DNA of 62,400 bases from Gracilinanus agilis. Its lineage: Eukaryota. Location of the stretch: contig NC_058133.1 in NCBI RefSeq assembly GCF_016433145.1, positions 259,332,216 through 259,394,615 of the forward strand, read 5' to 3'. The first letter of the stretch is position 1, and each line of letters starts with the position of its first letter. The notes below the pieces were generated by a model that had not been told where the DNA came from, did not search any database, and was given only the letters and a program-made list of their open reading frames with translations. Both the position numbers and the translations under genes were made by a program. Of this stretch, positions 12,101 to 31,560 are shown one piece after another.

Positions 12101-15100
12101 AACACTTTCCACCTGGCACCTAATTCTTCTAAATCCAACTCACATAATGCCTCTATAGAAACTGTGATCCTCATCAGTGATGCCTTCTCCACTCCCCAGA
12201 GCTTTTTATACAACTAATGCCGTATATTACAACCATTTGCATCCAATTTCCCTACCAGACTGTAAAAACTATATGAAAGGACTGTGTCATAACTAAACTG
12301 GAATCTCCTCCAGTGTTTAGCACAAGGCTCTGCTTTTATAAGTAAATCCTCTTGACTGAATTGAAATTCAGACTGGGGAGAGATGGGTAAGGAATCAAAT
12401 CTAGCATGAAAAGTCCCTCTGGGTATAAGGATTATCAGTGTCCTGTTCAATGCAGGATTGTTTCTTCTAAGTGAAGGAGTTAAAGGTCAATATAATCTAG
12501 GACAAGATATTAGTGACCTGTCCAGTGCAGGGACATCCCTCTTGGCTGCAATGTTGCGAAATCGGAGGATGATGTGGATACAGAGAAAAACTGCAATGGC
12601 ATCATAGCAATCAGCCAAATAGGATTCCAGATGTTTCTGTAAATTGGGGGTAAAAATCAGGGTGAAGCATTCATGAGGAAAAGAGGGTCAGAGAGATAGA
12701 AATACTCCTTCAAATGGGTAGATACACACAAACTCTAACTCACTCTCTTTTTCTCTCTCAGTTGTTTTTTTTTTTGGGGGGGGGGGGGACATGGGCACTA
12801 GTAGAGAATATCAAAGAAAGGAATAAATCCTCACTCATCTCTACCATCCCACTATCATTTCTTCCTGGCTGGGGTCTTAAAGTTCCCTTGATAAGTAGCA
12901 AGGGCACATAAGGGGAGAGGACACCTATTAAGTCAGAATTGGGGCAAGGAAAGAATTTGAGAGGCCAAGAGGCCCTTATTTTGGGGTCTCCCACAGGTCA
13001 TGATGAGAATGTGTCCCATAAGAGTGAAAAATCTAAGGGGCCTCAAAGTTTCTAGGTCCCTACAGGGGACTAAGGGGATCTCACCAAAGTCATGCTGAGA
13101 GTACGCCCCATCACAGCATGGAAAAGATCATGGGCTGCAGGGCCAGAAACAGCGAAGAAATCACAGATGAAGAGAAACTCACGGCAGGAATTGTCTAGAA
13201 GGGCATACTGTTGGCTCCGAAAGAGTGCCTCAAAGGGATACTGGGAGCAACAAAGACAATTTGTGAGATGGAAGAGGTGGTGGAATTAAGAGAGGGCTAG
13301 AACTGGTAGATAATATGTGATACCAATCTCCCCAAAGTTTGCCACATGGTCTTTTCTACTTAACTAGAGTTAGCCTTGAGAAAATAGTAAAGGAGAATCA
13401 AGGTTGGGGGAAAACCCCACTACTAAGGTTCATCCTCCTCCACACACAATGTTGCCTATAGAAAAATATATTAAATGAATATTAAGGGAATAGAAAGTAG
13501 GGAATGTAAAAGATGTCCACAATAGTGGCCTTTCTCCTACCCAGATTCTTCCTCCTTTCCTAGGGGAGAACCTTATACCTTATTTAATCCCTCTGCCCCA
13601 GTTATATTTCTATTATGTCTGCTCCTCCCATTCTCAGCATGTCTCTGAAATAGAAGCCTCCCACTCTGAACATGCCACTATATCTCAAATCCCTGACCCC
13701 TTCATACCCTCTGCTCCCCACGTTGAGCTGTATGGGGCACAAGGATGGGAGCTTCAAGCTCAGTAGGAGAGATGACAGAGCCACGGGTCCCCAAAGTGAA
13801 GATTGTGTTTCTACTTCGGAGAGAAGGCTTTGAGAAAAATCGTTACCAGGAAGGGATAGTTAGGGAAAACAAAGGAACTTAAGACACACGGACCCAATAC
13901 TGGTGGATATTTCAGACACTAAGACATAGAATTTGTCTACAGAGGAATGCCCAAGTGACCAGGTCTCCTTCCTAAGCACTGGGATTTTAATTATCAGGAG
14001 CCCAGGTTCTCCCTTCCACCTAAGATTTTAGTATCTAGTTACCTTCCCCTTAGAAATTAGTATTAGTCCCCCTCCCATTTTCAGAAAATCTCTCCCAGGA
14101 TCCCTTGGCTCTCAGGATATCTTTCTTCGCTGTGTCTTCCACACCCATCAGATCATCTTTCTCAGCCACCTCCTCATACTGGTGAAAACATGGAGAAAAA
14201 ATGTTAGTGACCATCCACACTCAAAAACAAAGTGTAGTCTATACCTTTCTCCCCTAGACCAGATAAAATGTATCTCAGCAGGGTTCTCCTTCCCTTCCCT
14301 AAGCATCTCTTTGGTCTGCTGTTGTCCTTTCACCCCTTCTAGTTTGTTTTTTAAACCCTTACCTTCTGTCTTAGAAACAATACCGGGCAAAAAAGCAGTA
14401 AGGACTAGGTAATGGGAGTTAAGTGCCTTGCCCAAGGTCACACAGCTAGGAAGTGTGCTGAGGCCAGATTTGAACCCATGACCTCCTGTCTCAATCCACT
14501 TAGCTATCCCCAACACCCCTGTCCAGTTTTACCTGAACCTTCATGAGCCTCCCCAGGTAGGAGCGAGAGTACGACAGATAAACCTTGCCCAATGTCTCCA
14601 CATATTCATCCCTGATCTCTCTTGCAGTTGCTCGTTCATTTCCCAGCAAAAACTGATAGAAAAACCTGTAATTTCCATGGGAATAATTCCATGGGAAAGC
14701 TCAGAAAGTGTTCCCCCTCCCACCCTCTACTCCCAAATCCCAATGCCTGCCATCATGCCAGTTTCCCCCAACTGTGACCTGTATTTGAGCAAGGCAGTCT
14801 GTGGGATCTGATAGTTAGTCATCGGTTTTCTAAATGAATAAATCTTCTGTAGGACAAACTCTCGAATCTTAGCCACAGCCTGGTGAGAAAAGGCCACAAA
14901 ATGTAAAGACCTACCCCCTACCTTTCACAGTTGAGGGGATTGGGGGAGAAGGGAATAACAGTGAGATCAAACAAAGCAAACGTCTCAGAGTTTCTTTGTA
15001 TTTCCAAGAGGATTTTCTGGAGGCTAGAGGGTAAAGGACATTATCTCTTTGAGGAGTGGGGAAGTCTTAGGAGGGGATATTCTGGAAGTCACTGGGGGGG

Positions 15101-18100
15101 TACCACCATCCTCATTCCCACCTTGACCCTAAGCCGATCCAGCACACCCCTGACATCTGCACAGGCTGCTGTCCCACGAGCCTCCTGCTCTCTGACAGCA
15201 GCTGCCTTAGCATCAAGCTCTTGTAACTGTTCCAGGAACCGAGGATCTGTCACTGGTGCTTCTAGGATTGCCCTAGGTATGGAAAGAGGGGATAGCAAGT
15301 TGTTATATGGTAAGGAGTGCCCCTAGAAACACTCTCCAAGAATAATCATCTCTTCATTGAGACACAGCTCCATCTCCTATGTGCTGAAGGCAGGATGAAG
15401 TTACATGACTTTAATGAGTCCCTTGATTCCCATGGGATCCCTGGTAATACCATTCAAGAAATGCCTGACTCAGGATGATTCCTATCTTCTGACCCCTGAC
15501 TCAGATGATGTGACCTCGGGAAATGCTGATAAAAATGTAAGCACAAACTCCTTTGCTTCACTGAATAACCTCCCCCTACTCCAGTATACCTGACTCTAAG
15601 ATACTTAATAAGAAAGGAAAGTCCTGGGACAGCTAGGTGGCTCAGTGGTTTGAGAGCCAGGCCCAGAGATAGCAGGTTCTCAGTTCAAATCTGACTTTAG
15701 ACACTTTCTACCTGTGTGACCCTGGGCAAATCACTTAACCTTCATTGCTAGCCCTTACTGTTCTTCTGCCTTGGAACCAATACACAGTATCCTTTCTAAG
15801 ACCAAAGATAAAGGTGTTTAAAAAAAAGGGGGGGGAGGGGAAGCACTAATCTGTAGAGCAGCATATAGATTTGGCTCTAATCTATGACCCAAGTGGTTCA
15901 CAATACCAGGTGACTTACGTAACCAGGGCAGAAGGTACAACCAAACCATCTACAAGCTCCCCAAGTCTCCCACGAACAGCCTGGCGGTTCCGGAGGCGAA
16001 CATTCATGGCTCCAGATTGTTCCTGTAGTGTCCGAATCTCGGAGCTAATGGAGCTGAGATCACTCTGGAAAGCACCCAGCATCTGTTCCATGCGCTAAAA
16101 GGAAGGAAACAAAAGGGAATCAATGATATGTTGTGGCGGATAACAATCATTATAGATGTTTGGGAAGGGATTGAGGTATCCCTGCAGAAATGTCTAGTAG
16201 ATACTCTGTAGCTAAAGGAGGGTGGATCATCTGGAGGACATGGGTTATGAGGACCACAGAAGAAGGAAGGTTAAATTCACTCTTATTCAACTCTAGCACT
16301 TGGTCCTATGTGAGAGACCTAAAGGTGTTTTTTTGTTTTTTTTTGTTTGTTTTTAAATAGGCAATGGGGGTTAAGTGACTTGCCCAGGGTCACACAGCTG
16401 GGAAGTGTCTGAGGCCAGATTTGAACCTAGGACCTCCCATCTCTAGGTCTGGCTCTCAATCCACTGAGCTACCCAGCTGCCCCCTAGACCTAAAGGTTTT
16501 AAGGCGAAAGGTTTCTCAATCTAATCAGTAACCAGAACCTAGTGTTCCACTTCATTTCATTAAAGATGAGGATGGTCACATCCCTGATCTCGAATACTTC
16601 ATGATCAAGGACAGAAACTGCTCCCTAAAGTCATCACTGATCTGTCACTTGCCAGATCTAATGGCATCTACTCAGTCTTTACCTTTGTCACTCTACAACA
16701 TTTGACATTACCTGACATGGCCACCCTGCCTCCCATAGATATTCTCTCCCTTCTAGGTTTTGTGACACTGTCTCTTGGTTCTTCACCTATCTGTCTATGT
16801 CCTCAATTAGTCTTCCTTGCTGGATCAAGTTTCAAGCTATTTGCCCTGTCTGTAAGCCCCAAGGAACTGTCCTGGGACTTCTTGACTCCTTATTCTTTCT
16901 TTCAGTAACCAAATGAGTGCCCATTAGTTCAATTACTATCTCTACCCAAGGTCTCAGAAATCTATAAATCCACCACTGCCTGGTCTCTCTACAGAGCTCC
17001 AGTTCTGCAGCATAAACTTTTAGACATTTCTCATTGTATGTCCTACAGTCGTATGGAATTCAACATGTCCAAAACAGTACTAATTTTCTTTTCCTTCAAA
17101 CTCATCCCTCTTTCAAATGTTCCTATTACTATCAAGGGATTGAGTTCTAAGAGTCATGTTTGACTCCTCATTCTCCTTCATCCTAAATATATTATTTGTT
17201 TCCATATCTTTTAGTTTCTATCTCCCTAACATCTTTCATACCCATTTCTTTCCCCTCACAGTCACAAGACTAATTCAAGCCCTTGTCTCTTCTTGTTTAT
17301 ATTATTGATATAGTCTCCTATTTGATCCCCTTCCTCAACTCTCTCTCCAATATAAACCATCTATCACATAGCTCCCAGTCATTTTTCTAATATACAGTGA
17401 GTGAAAAAGCATTTATTAAGCAAAGCAATGTGGATAAAAAATATAGAAAAGCAAGACGATGGTCCCTGCTCTTTGTATTTTAATAGGGAGAGACAACATA
17501 TATAGATTTCAGCTACGGGTCAGATGGAAAAACCCAATAGTTCTTAGAGTGCAGGAGCAAGGCAGGTGATAATTTATTTGATCCAAGTCACTCCCTACTC
17601 AATAAACTTCAATGACTCCATTCCAATTACCTCTAAGAACAAATATAATGTCTAATTAGCATTTAAAACTTTTTGCAACCTGACTCCTTCCTACCTTTCC
17701 AGCCTTGTTATACATAAGACATCCCATCATCCATCTGTGTGCCTTCTCACTGGCTGTCCCTCTCCTCCATATCTGGAATACTCTCCTCACTTCTGCTTTC
17801 TGGGAATCTCTAGTTTACTTCAAAACTAACCTCAAGCACTATTTCTACATAAAATCTTTCCTTATCCCTCCAGTTACTAGTATAACACCTCTCAAAAGTA
17901 ACTTGTATCCTTTACAAAAATATTGTCTCCTTTCCTCCATTAAGTGTAAGCTTCTTGAGGGCAAGAATGATCCCCTTTTTTAGAAAATTCTTACTTTCTT
18001 AAAATAAATAAATACTCATCATTGATTCCAAGACAGAAGTGCAGTAAGGGCTAAACAAGTGGGGCTAAGTGGATTGTCCAGGGTCACACTACTAGGAAGT

Positions 18101-19639
18101 CTGAGGCTAGATTTGAATCCAGGATTTCTTCTCTCCAGGCCTGGCTCTATAGCTATCTACTCAGCTATCTAGCTGCCCTGATTGATTCACTTTTGTCTCT
18201 GTTATTTAAGTGTTTAGCGGAACTCCTGGTATATAACAAGCACTAAATAAATGTTAGTTCTTAATTATGTTCTGACCTTGGAAATGGTATCAATGTTAAC
18301 ATACCAATTCAGATTTCATAAGATCTTGAAAATCAAATGAAAAATTGAGTCACTAACCTCAAGGACAGCATCACAGGCTGTGATCTGGTTGTGAAGTGAT
18401 GCAATATTCTCACTTTCCTGGATGTCTGAGACATAGGCAGTTAAGGAGATTCATAAAAAGGACAAAGACTCCCTGAAGAATTTTTGTATGCTAACCACCC
18501 ACCTTTTCATACCTGGGATGACAGGAGACAATCTTGGCTACACCTTCTACCTCATCCCTTAAACCAGTGTCAGAAACCCCTTTATTTCCCAGAACATGAG
18601 GATACAATCTCGAATGGATTTCTGTTCTATCTGCTGTAGCTCCAGTTCCACCTGCTTTGAATAATGCCGCAGATCTACACCCTGGGAGAACCAGAAATAA
18701 GACAGCAAAGTCAAAAGGAACCAGAGAACTTGATCTTCTGCAGGGATTAAGATGAGAGAAAAATATCAGGGATCCCAATAAGGAAGATACTTGCAAAAAT
18801 TACTGGGAGCAAAATGGAAGAAAGGAGAACAAGGGCCAGATAATATTGTAGAAGTCTCACCGTTTTAAGAGCCTCCTTTACCAAATCATCTTCCAGATTT
18901 GCCTGAATGTGAACTAGAACCAGAAATAAGTCATGAGGACTCAAGCATATAGTTCTTTCCCTTCCAAAATCCGTCCCCACAAAAACACACACATTTGCCC
19001 AAAAGATAATTTCCAGTTTTCCCCATTCCAGTCTTTCCTCGCTTAGAAAACTCAAAGCCCAGGGTCATTTCCCTTCCCCACCCCTCAAGTTTTCTAGGAT
19101 CTAATCATCCCTCACCATCTACTTCATCTAGGATGAATTCATCAGATGTGATATCCAGCTCTCCCAGCTGCAGTGGCTCCTGGAGCCCCGGGCCGCTCAC
19201 CTGAGGAGAGAGCAATTAGCAGCCGAGATGGGGAAGGAATATGACATATTGGTTGGGGAGAGGGAGGGAAATGCACTTTCACGCACACACACCAAAGCCC
19301 ACCCATTGTGAAAAGTATGCTCATAGACTGGAATAATGGGAATGACAAGACACGCCTCCCTTGCAGAAGGAAACACTGAAACGAGGGGGTGGAAAGTGGA
19401 GCCGCCGCTCCACGGGGAAAGCAATAGCGGGTGCGGCTGTCCCGGAGCTCCGACTCGGCGGCCAGAGCCTAAAGATATGACAGACCAGGTTCGGCGCAGC
19501 CGCTCAAGCCTTGCACCACCCAGTAACCCCCCTTTTGCCCCTAGCCTCGCGTTGGGAGGGCGGGCCCCTTTACCAGGGTGCTTTCATCCTCTTCCATGTC
19601 CGAGGCGCCAGCTGGAAGCATCAACTCCTGGGCAGCCAT
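9176..19639 (-). CDS. VPS52: Vacuolar protein sorting 52 (GARP/EARP subunit), 20 exons, 715 aa
   Basis: Coding exons: 19639-19574, 19200-19116, 18913-18861, 18681-18606, 18425-18358, 16094-15919, 15272-15122, 14879-14779, 14665-14533, 14178-14121, 13841-13708, 13240-13085, 12636-12518, 11375-11252, 11046-10951, 10848-10741, 10346-10281, 10154-10043, 9630-9512, 9322-9176. Total 2148 nt, phases consistent. Translation MAAQELMLPAGASDMEEDESTL-VSGPGLQEPLQLGELDITSD...HHLMVELKKHKPNF* matches mammalian VPS52. Confidence 0.98.
13842..14120 (-). other. VPS52: U12-type AT-AC intron (VPS52 intron 10, 279 nt)
   Basis: 5' end ATATCCTG, branch TTTTCCCTAAC at 13869-13859, 3' end ...GGTAAC. These termini restore the continuous TAKK-GFFSKP frame. 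Confidence 0.93.
16327..16485 (-). mobile_element. CORE-SINE with 12-bp TSD in VPS52 intron 5
   Basis: SINE head and CORE. TSD agacctaaaggt at 16315-16326 and 16486-16497. Other copies lie at about 10450-10620, 14330-14510, 15626-15830, 18000-18180, 24660-24840, 31790-31980, 35120-35300, 46820-47030, 50590-50750, 56185-56360 and 58080-58275. Confidence 0.9.
16500..17985 (+). mobile_element. L2 LINE (ORF2 remnant to 3' end)
   Basis: L2 motifs through to taagtgtaagcttcttgagggcaaga, with an inverted L2 3' piece near 17395-17560. Confidence 0.7.
18426..18605 (-). other. VPS52: U12-type GT-AG intron (VPS52 intron 4, 180 nt)
   Basis: 5' end GTATCCTC, branch TCTCCTTAAC at 18449-18440, 14 nt from the exon. 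Confidence 0.85.
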
Positions 19640-20162
19640 TCCTGCCGCCTCTGCCCTACCCTGCCCCGCCCCTCAGCTACTTCCGCTAGGTGTCTGTAGA
19701 AATAGGTCCGTCCACGCACCGGGTGGGGTGCACAGGGTCGAGGATGGCTCAAATCGGGACACCCAATAGAATAGCAAGAATGACGTTGTAGCCTAAAAGC
19801 ATGGGTGTCAAAATCGTTTAGCCAGTTCCTGGGGTCGTTCTCTTGAGCTCTCTATTGGAAACCGGAGTCGGCACACTCACTGCTCGGTACTTTGACTTCA
19901 GGAGACATTAGTTTCTAAGACGGAAGGGACTGCAGAGTGCACAACGGAAACGCCGGTGCCCCAAGTTGACTCGGAACGACCTTCCCGGAAGCAACGTCAC
20001 CCAAAGCGACGTAGAGTAGGAAGTGCCTTTGCATTCGATAAACCTTTTTTGCCTCTCTCTCTTCCTTTCTCTTCTTCCCCGCCCTCTCGGGCGAGTATAT
20101 AAGGCGAACACGTAATTTCCGTTTCCTCTTCCAGAGGAGGCTCTCACGCCGCCGTTGCAACC

Positions 20163-28367
<8,205 letters not shown>

Positions 28368-28779
28368 TCATACTCACTGGCCTTGTCTATTAATAAATAG
28401 TTTATATCAAATTTGTTCAAGTGTCTGGTTTCTGTCCTTTCTCTGATTTTTCAGTTCAGTGAATACTAATAAGCATCTGCTCTAGGGATGATGCATTCAT
28501 TTTTGGCCATTACAAGTAAAAGAAGGCTCTTTTAAAGAGAAGCACATGAACCCAGGAAGTTCTTTTCCTCCAACACCTCTCCTTTTTATCTAACCAGTCT
28601 CCCATGCCTCAGCTCTGCCTAAAAGAAAGGATCCAATGTTGGTCTGTAGCCCTCCTTTAGACAACTCCAGCTCCTACAGTTCAGATTTGAAAGCTGAAAT
28701 TGCTAATTGGATGAGAAATGGAGCGCTTGGGTTTTAAGCTGGGGCTGGCAGCTGTCCCAAAGCACTCAAGCTTTCTGGT

Positions 28780-29700
28780 ACTAAGGTCGGCCTTGGCTCC
28801 GAAGGTGAGCCGGCACACCCAGGCCCAGACTTCCCTTCCAGCCTTTTGACTTCCACTTTAGGGAACTGTGTTGGGGGTGGAGTCGGGTCTCAGGGAAAAG
28901 GAAGCAGGGCTGGACCTCCAGGGGTGGGACCTTTCTCCCGCCTCCACCATCCCGATCCCTACAACCTGGGAGAGCCACGAGGCTGAGAGGCTGGAGCGCC
29001 CCTCCGAATTGAAGGGGCTCGCGGAGGTGAGGACCTCGGAGCGGGGGTTCTGCGCGTACAGAATGAAGTGTGGGAGGGCAGCCTGGCTGGGCTGGGCTGG
29101 GCTGGGCTGGTTGGGTCGAAAGCAGAGTGAGCATTCCGAGGGGATTACAGCGCAGCCTCGGCTGTACAGCGGAGCCGGTCCCCAGATGCAGAGACACCCA
29201 AGGACACCCCAACATCCGAGGAAGGCGGGAGACCGAGCCTCGCTGCCCCGCACCGGGAGAAAGCGAACGGGAGGGGACAAGCGCCCCACCCTCCTCAGTC
29301 CGGGAGAGTAATTGCCGGGAGGCCCTGCGGGAGACAATGGGAAGGGACCACCCAAACCTCGAAGGAAGAGGGGAAAGGGGATAGGGCGGGGCCCGGTGCT
29401 ATGAGAAGCTCTACCGATCTAAGGCAGAGAGAGATTGCTGACAGCAGGCAGACCTGGGAACGGTGTAGGGGTGGGAAAGCTAGAAGGAGGGGCCAGAGGG
29501 ATGACGGGGAGAAGAGGCGTGTGCACGCAACGGATAATCGGCGAAACCATGGAGCCAGGATTTAGGGCGTCAGGGTGCTGCAGACAAGGTAACCCCCTCC
29601 GGGTGGCCCCCTTGTCCCCAGCTCCCTTTCTCCCCCTCCCTCTCCCAACCCTACACTATCTCGGCGTCTGTCAGCCCGCTCCTCCATTCTCTGCAATCAG
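28780..29700. promoter_or_regulatory. B3GALT4: CpG island / probable B3GALT4 promoter
   Basis: CpG-dense block starting about 400 nt after the RPS18 poly(A) signal. GC box gggcggggc at 29384-29392; candidate donors at 28805 and 29589. Confidence 0.75.
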
Positions 29701-29976
29701 CATCCTCAGTTCCATTGCCCCACCCCCCACTCTTCCTTTCTTTTTTCCCAGTCCACCTCCCAGAGCAGGAGCTGGCGAGGAGGATGTTGGGGTCTCCGAG
29801 AGGCAGCTGGGAATGAACGATGAAGAGCTAGGGCTGTCTAGGTGGGCAGCCAGGACCCAGATGACTATCTTAGAGGGAGCCCTGCCTGTGTTCCAACTCT
29901 AATCTCCTTCTACTCTTCTTGCTCTCCATTTCTCTGTTCCCAGGTCACCACCAAATCTGAATCTATGCACCCTACC

Positions 29977-31086
29977 ATGTCCTTCTGCCTTCACCCGCGC
30001 TGCATTCTCCTGGCAGCTGTGGCATTCTTGTGTGTCTGGGCCATCTTCTGTCCTTCTGCGATAAGGAAGGAGCTCTCCTGCACTCCTTTAATACCAGCCC
30101 CAGCTGCACCTGTGCCCCCACTCTCCTTGCCTCACCTTCTGATCCCTAACATAGGAGTTTGCACAGGTCTTGGTGCCCCACTTTTCCTTCTGATTCTAGT
30201 GAGCACAGCGCCTGACCACCAAGAGCAGAGAGATGCCATTCGAGCCTCTTGGGGGGCTCCTCGGGAGATCCAGGGCTACTTGGTCCGGACACTTTTCATG
30301 CTGGGGGAACCCAGTAATGGTCCTTTGGAACACATTAAGGAAGTATTGAAACAGGAAGCCCAGGTTAAGGGGGATATTGTGCAAGCTGCTTTCATGGACT
30401 CCTATCGAAACCTTACCCTAAAAACCCTAAGTGGGCTGGCATGGGCAGCCAGGTACTGCCCCGATGTCCACTATGTCCTCAAAACTGACGATGATGTCTA
30501 CATCAATGTCCCCGGCTTTGTGGCTGAGCTTGAGCGACGAGGAAACGACCTGAAAAAGGACTGGCAACAAAGATATCTTGACAGAGATGGAATTGTAGCC
30601 CATAACCCACGCCTTCCTGTACCCTACCTGTACCTAGGCCATATTCACCGGAGAGTCTACCCTTCCCGCTCGGAGTACAGCCGGCACTGGGTATCAGAGG
30701 TGCAATGGCCTTCTGCCAGGGGTCCCTTCCCACCCTATGGTTCAGGCACTGGCTATGTGTTATCGGCCCCAGTCCTGCGGCTGATTCTGAGGGCAGCTGG
30801 GGGTGTGCCTCTGATACCGGTAGAGGATGTCTTTATCGGGGTGATTGCCAAGAGGGTAGGGGTGGTCCCCATCCACAGCATACGAATAGCAGGTGCCTCC
30901 CGCTACCCCATCGATCGCTGCTGCTTTGGGAGGATCTTACTAAGCTCTCACCATATTGAACCTTGGGAGATGAAGGATATCTGGGAGCTTGTGAGGGGTT
31001 CCTCAGGGAATGGGCCACTTTGCTCCTGGCTCCAAGAAACCTTGGGAATGCTAAGATGTTGGGTGATGCAACACTGGCATTTTTGA
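29977..31086 (+). CDS. B3GALT4: Beta-1,3-galactosyltransferase 4 (GM1/GD1b synthase, GT31), single coding exon, 369 aa
   Basis: Short N-terminal TM segment (ILLAAVAFLCVWAIF), RDAIRASWG, DSYRNLTLKTL, DXD motif KTDDDVY, PPYGSGTGYVLS, EDVFIG. The ATG at 29977 has -3A; a weaker in-frame ATG lies at 29965. The ORF-track start at 29842 is not an ATG. Confidence 0.96.
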   Translation: MSFCLHPRCILLAAVAFLCVWAIFCPSAIRKELSCTPLIPAPAAPVPPLSLPHLLIPNIGVCTGLGAPLFLLILVSTAPDHQEQRDAIRASWGAPREIQGYLVRTLFMLGEPSNGPLEHIKEVLKQEAQVKGDIVQAAFMDSYRNLTLKTLSGLAWAARYCPDVHYVLKTDDDVYINVPGFVAELERRGNDLKKDWQQRYLDRDGIVAHNPRLPVPYLYLGHIHRRVYPSRSEYSRHWVSEVQWPSARGPFPPYGSGTGYVLSAPVLRLILRAAGGVPLIPVEDVFIGVIAKRVGVVPIHSIRIAGASRYPIDRCCFGRILLSSHHIEPWEMKDIWELVRGSSGNGPLCSWLQETLGMLRCWVMQHWHF

Positions 31087-31379
31087 CAACTCATAAGAGC
31101 TGAGGCTGGAGACATCAAGAGGAAGGGGTTCGAAGAGGCTGGGGGCCACAGCCCTGTCCCACATTCTGAAGAGCTGGGAATGATCAGGAGAGGGCTGAGA
31201 TCTGAGAGCTGGATGGGCCCTGATCAGCTGGGGAGAAAAGCCTTCCTCCCTATCCTGAGATGGTCGGAGGGGATAGAGATGAGACTGTCTCCCAGGGTGT
31301 AGTGTCTTTCTGCAGGGGCAGGAGGTGATAGCTATTCCTATGAATTAGTAAAGCCTCCTTGTTTTCTTCATCTTCGTGT

Positions 31380-31560
31380 ATTGTATTGAGACTACAGTAA
31401 GAAAACTAATGTGACCTGAGGTTGCATTAAGTGGTGTCCAAGACTAGGGTGTAATAGTCCAGCTGTAAACTGGTCTGCTCAGACATCTGAAACGTTCTAG
31501 AAACCACCCAATCAGCTGGAGAGAGCAGGCCTGTTACTGTCTGATGGGAAGATGAAGCTA
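31380..31560 (+). mobile_element. L3/CR1 fragment
   Basis: aaaactaatgtgacctgaggttgcattaag..gtgtccaagactaggg..atagtcc..ctggtc..cagacatctg motif. Confidence 0.55.

Noticed and set aside
29083-29110. (GGGCT)n run resembling immunoglobulin switch repeats
   Set aside because: Only about 5 units; an ordinary microsatellite inside a CpG island.
29842-29976. 414-aa B3GALT4 as given by the ORF track
   Set aside because: It starts at GTG and runs through what looks like an intron 3' end. Family similarity starts at the Met at 29977 or 29965.
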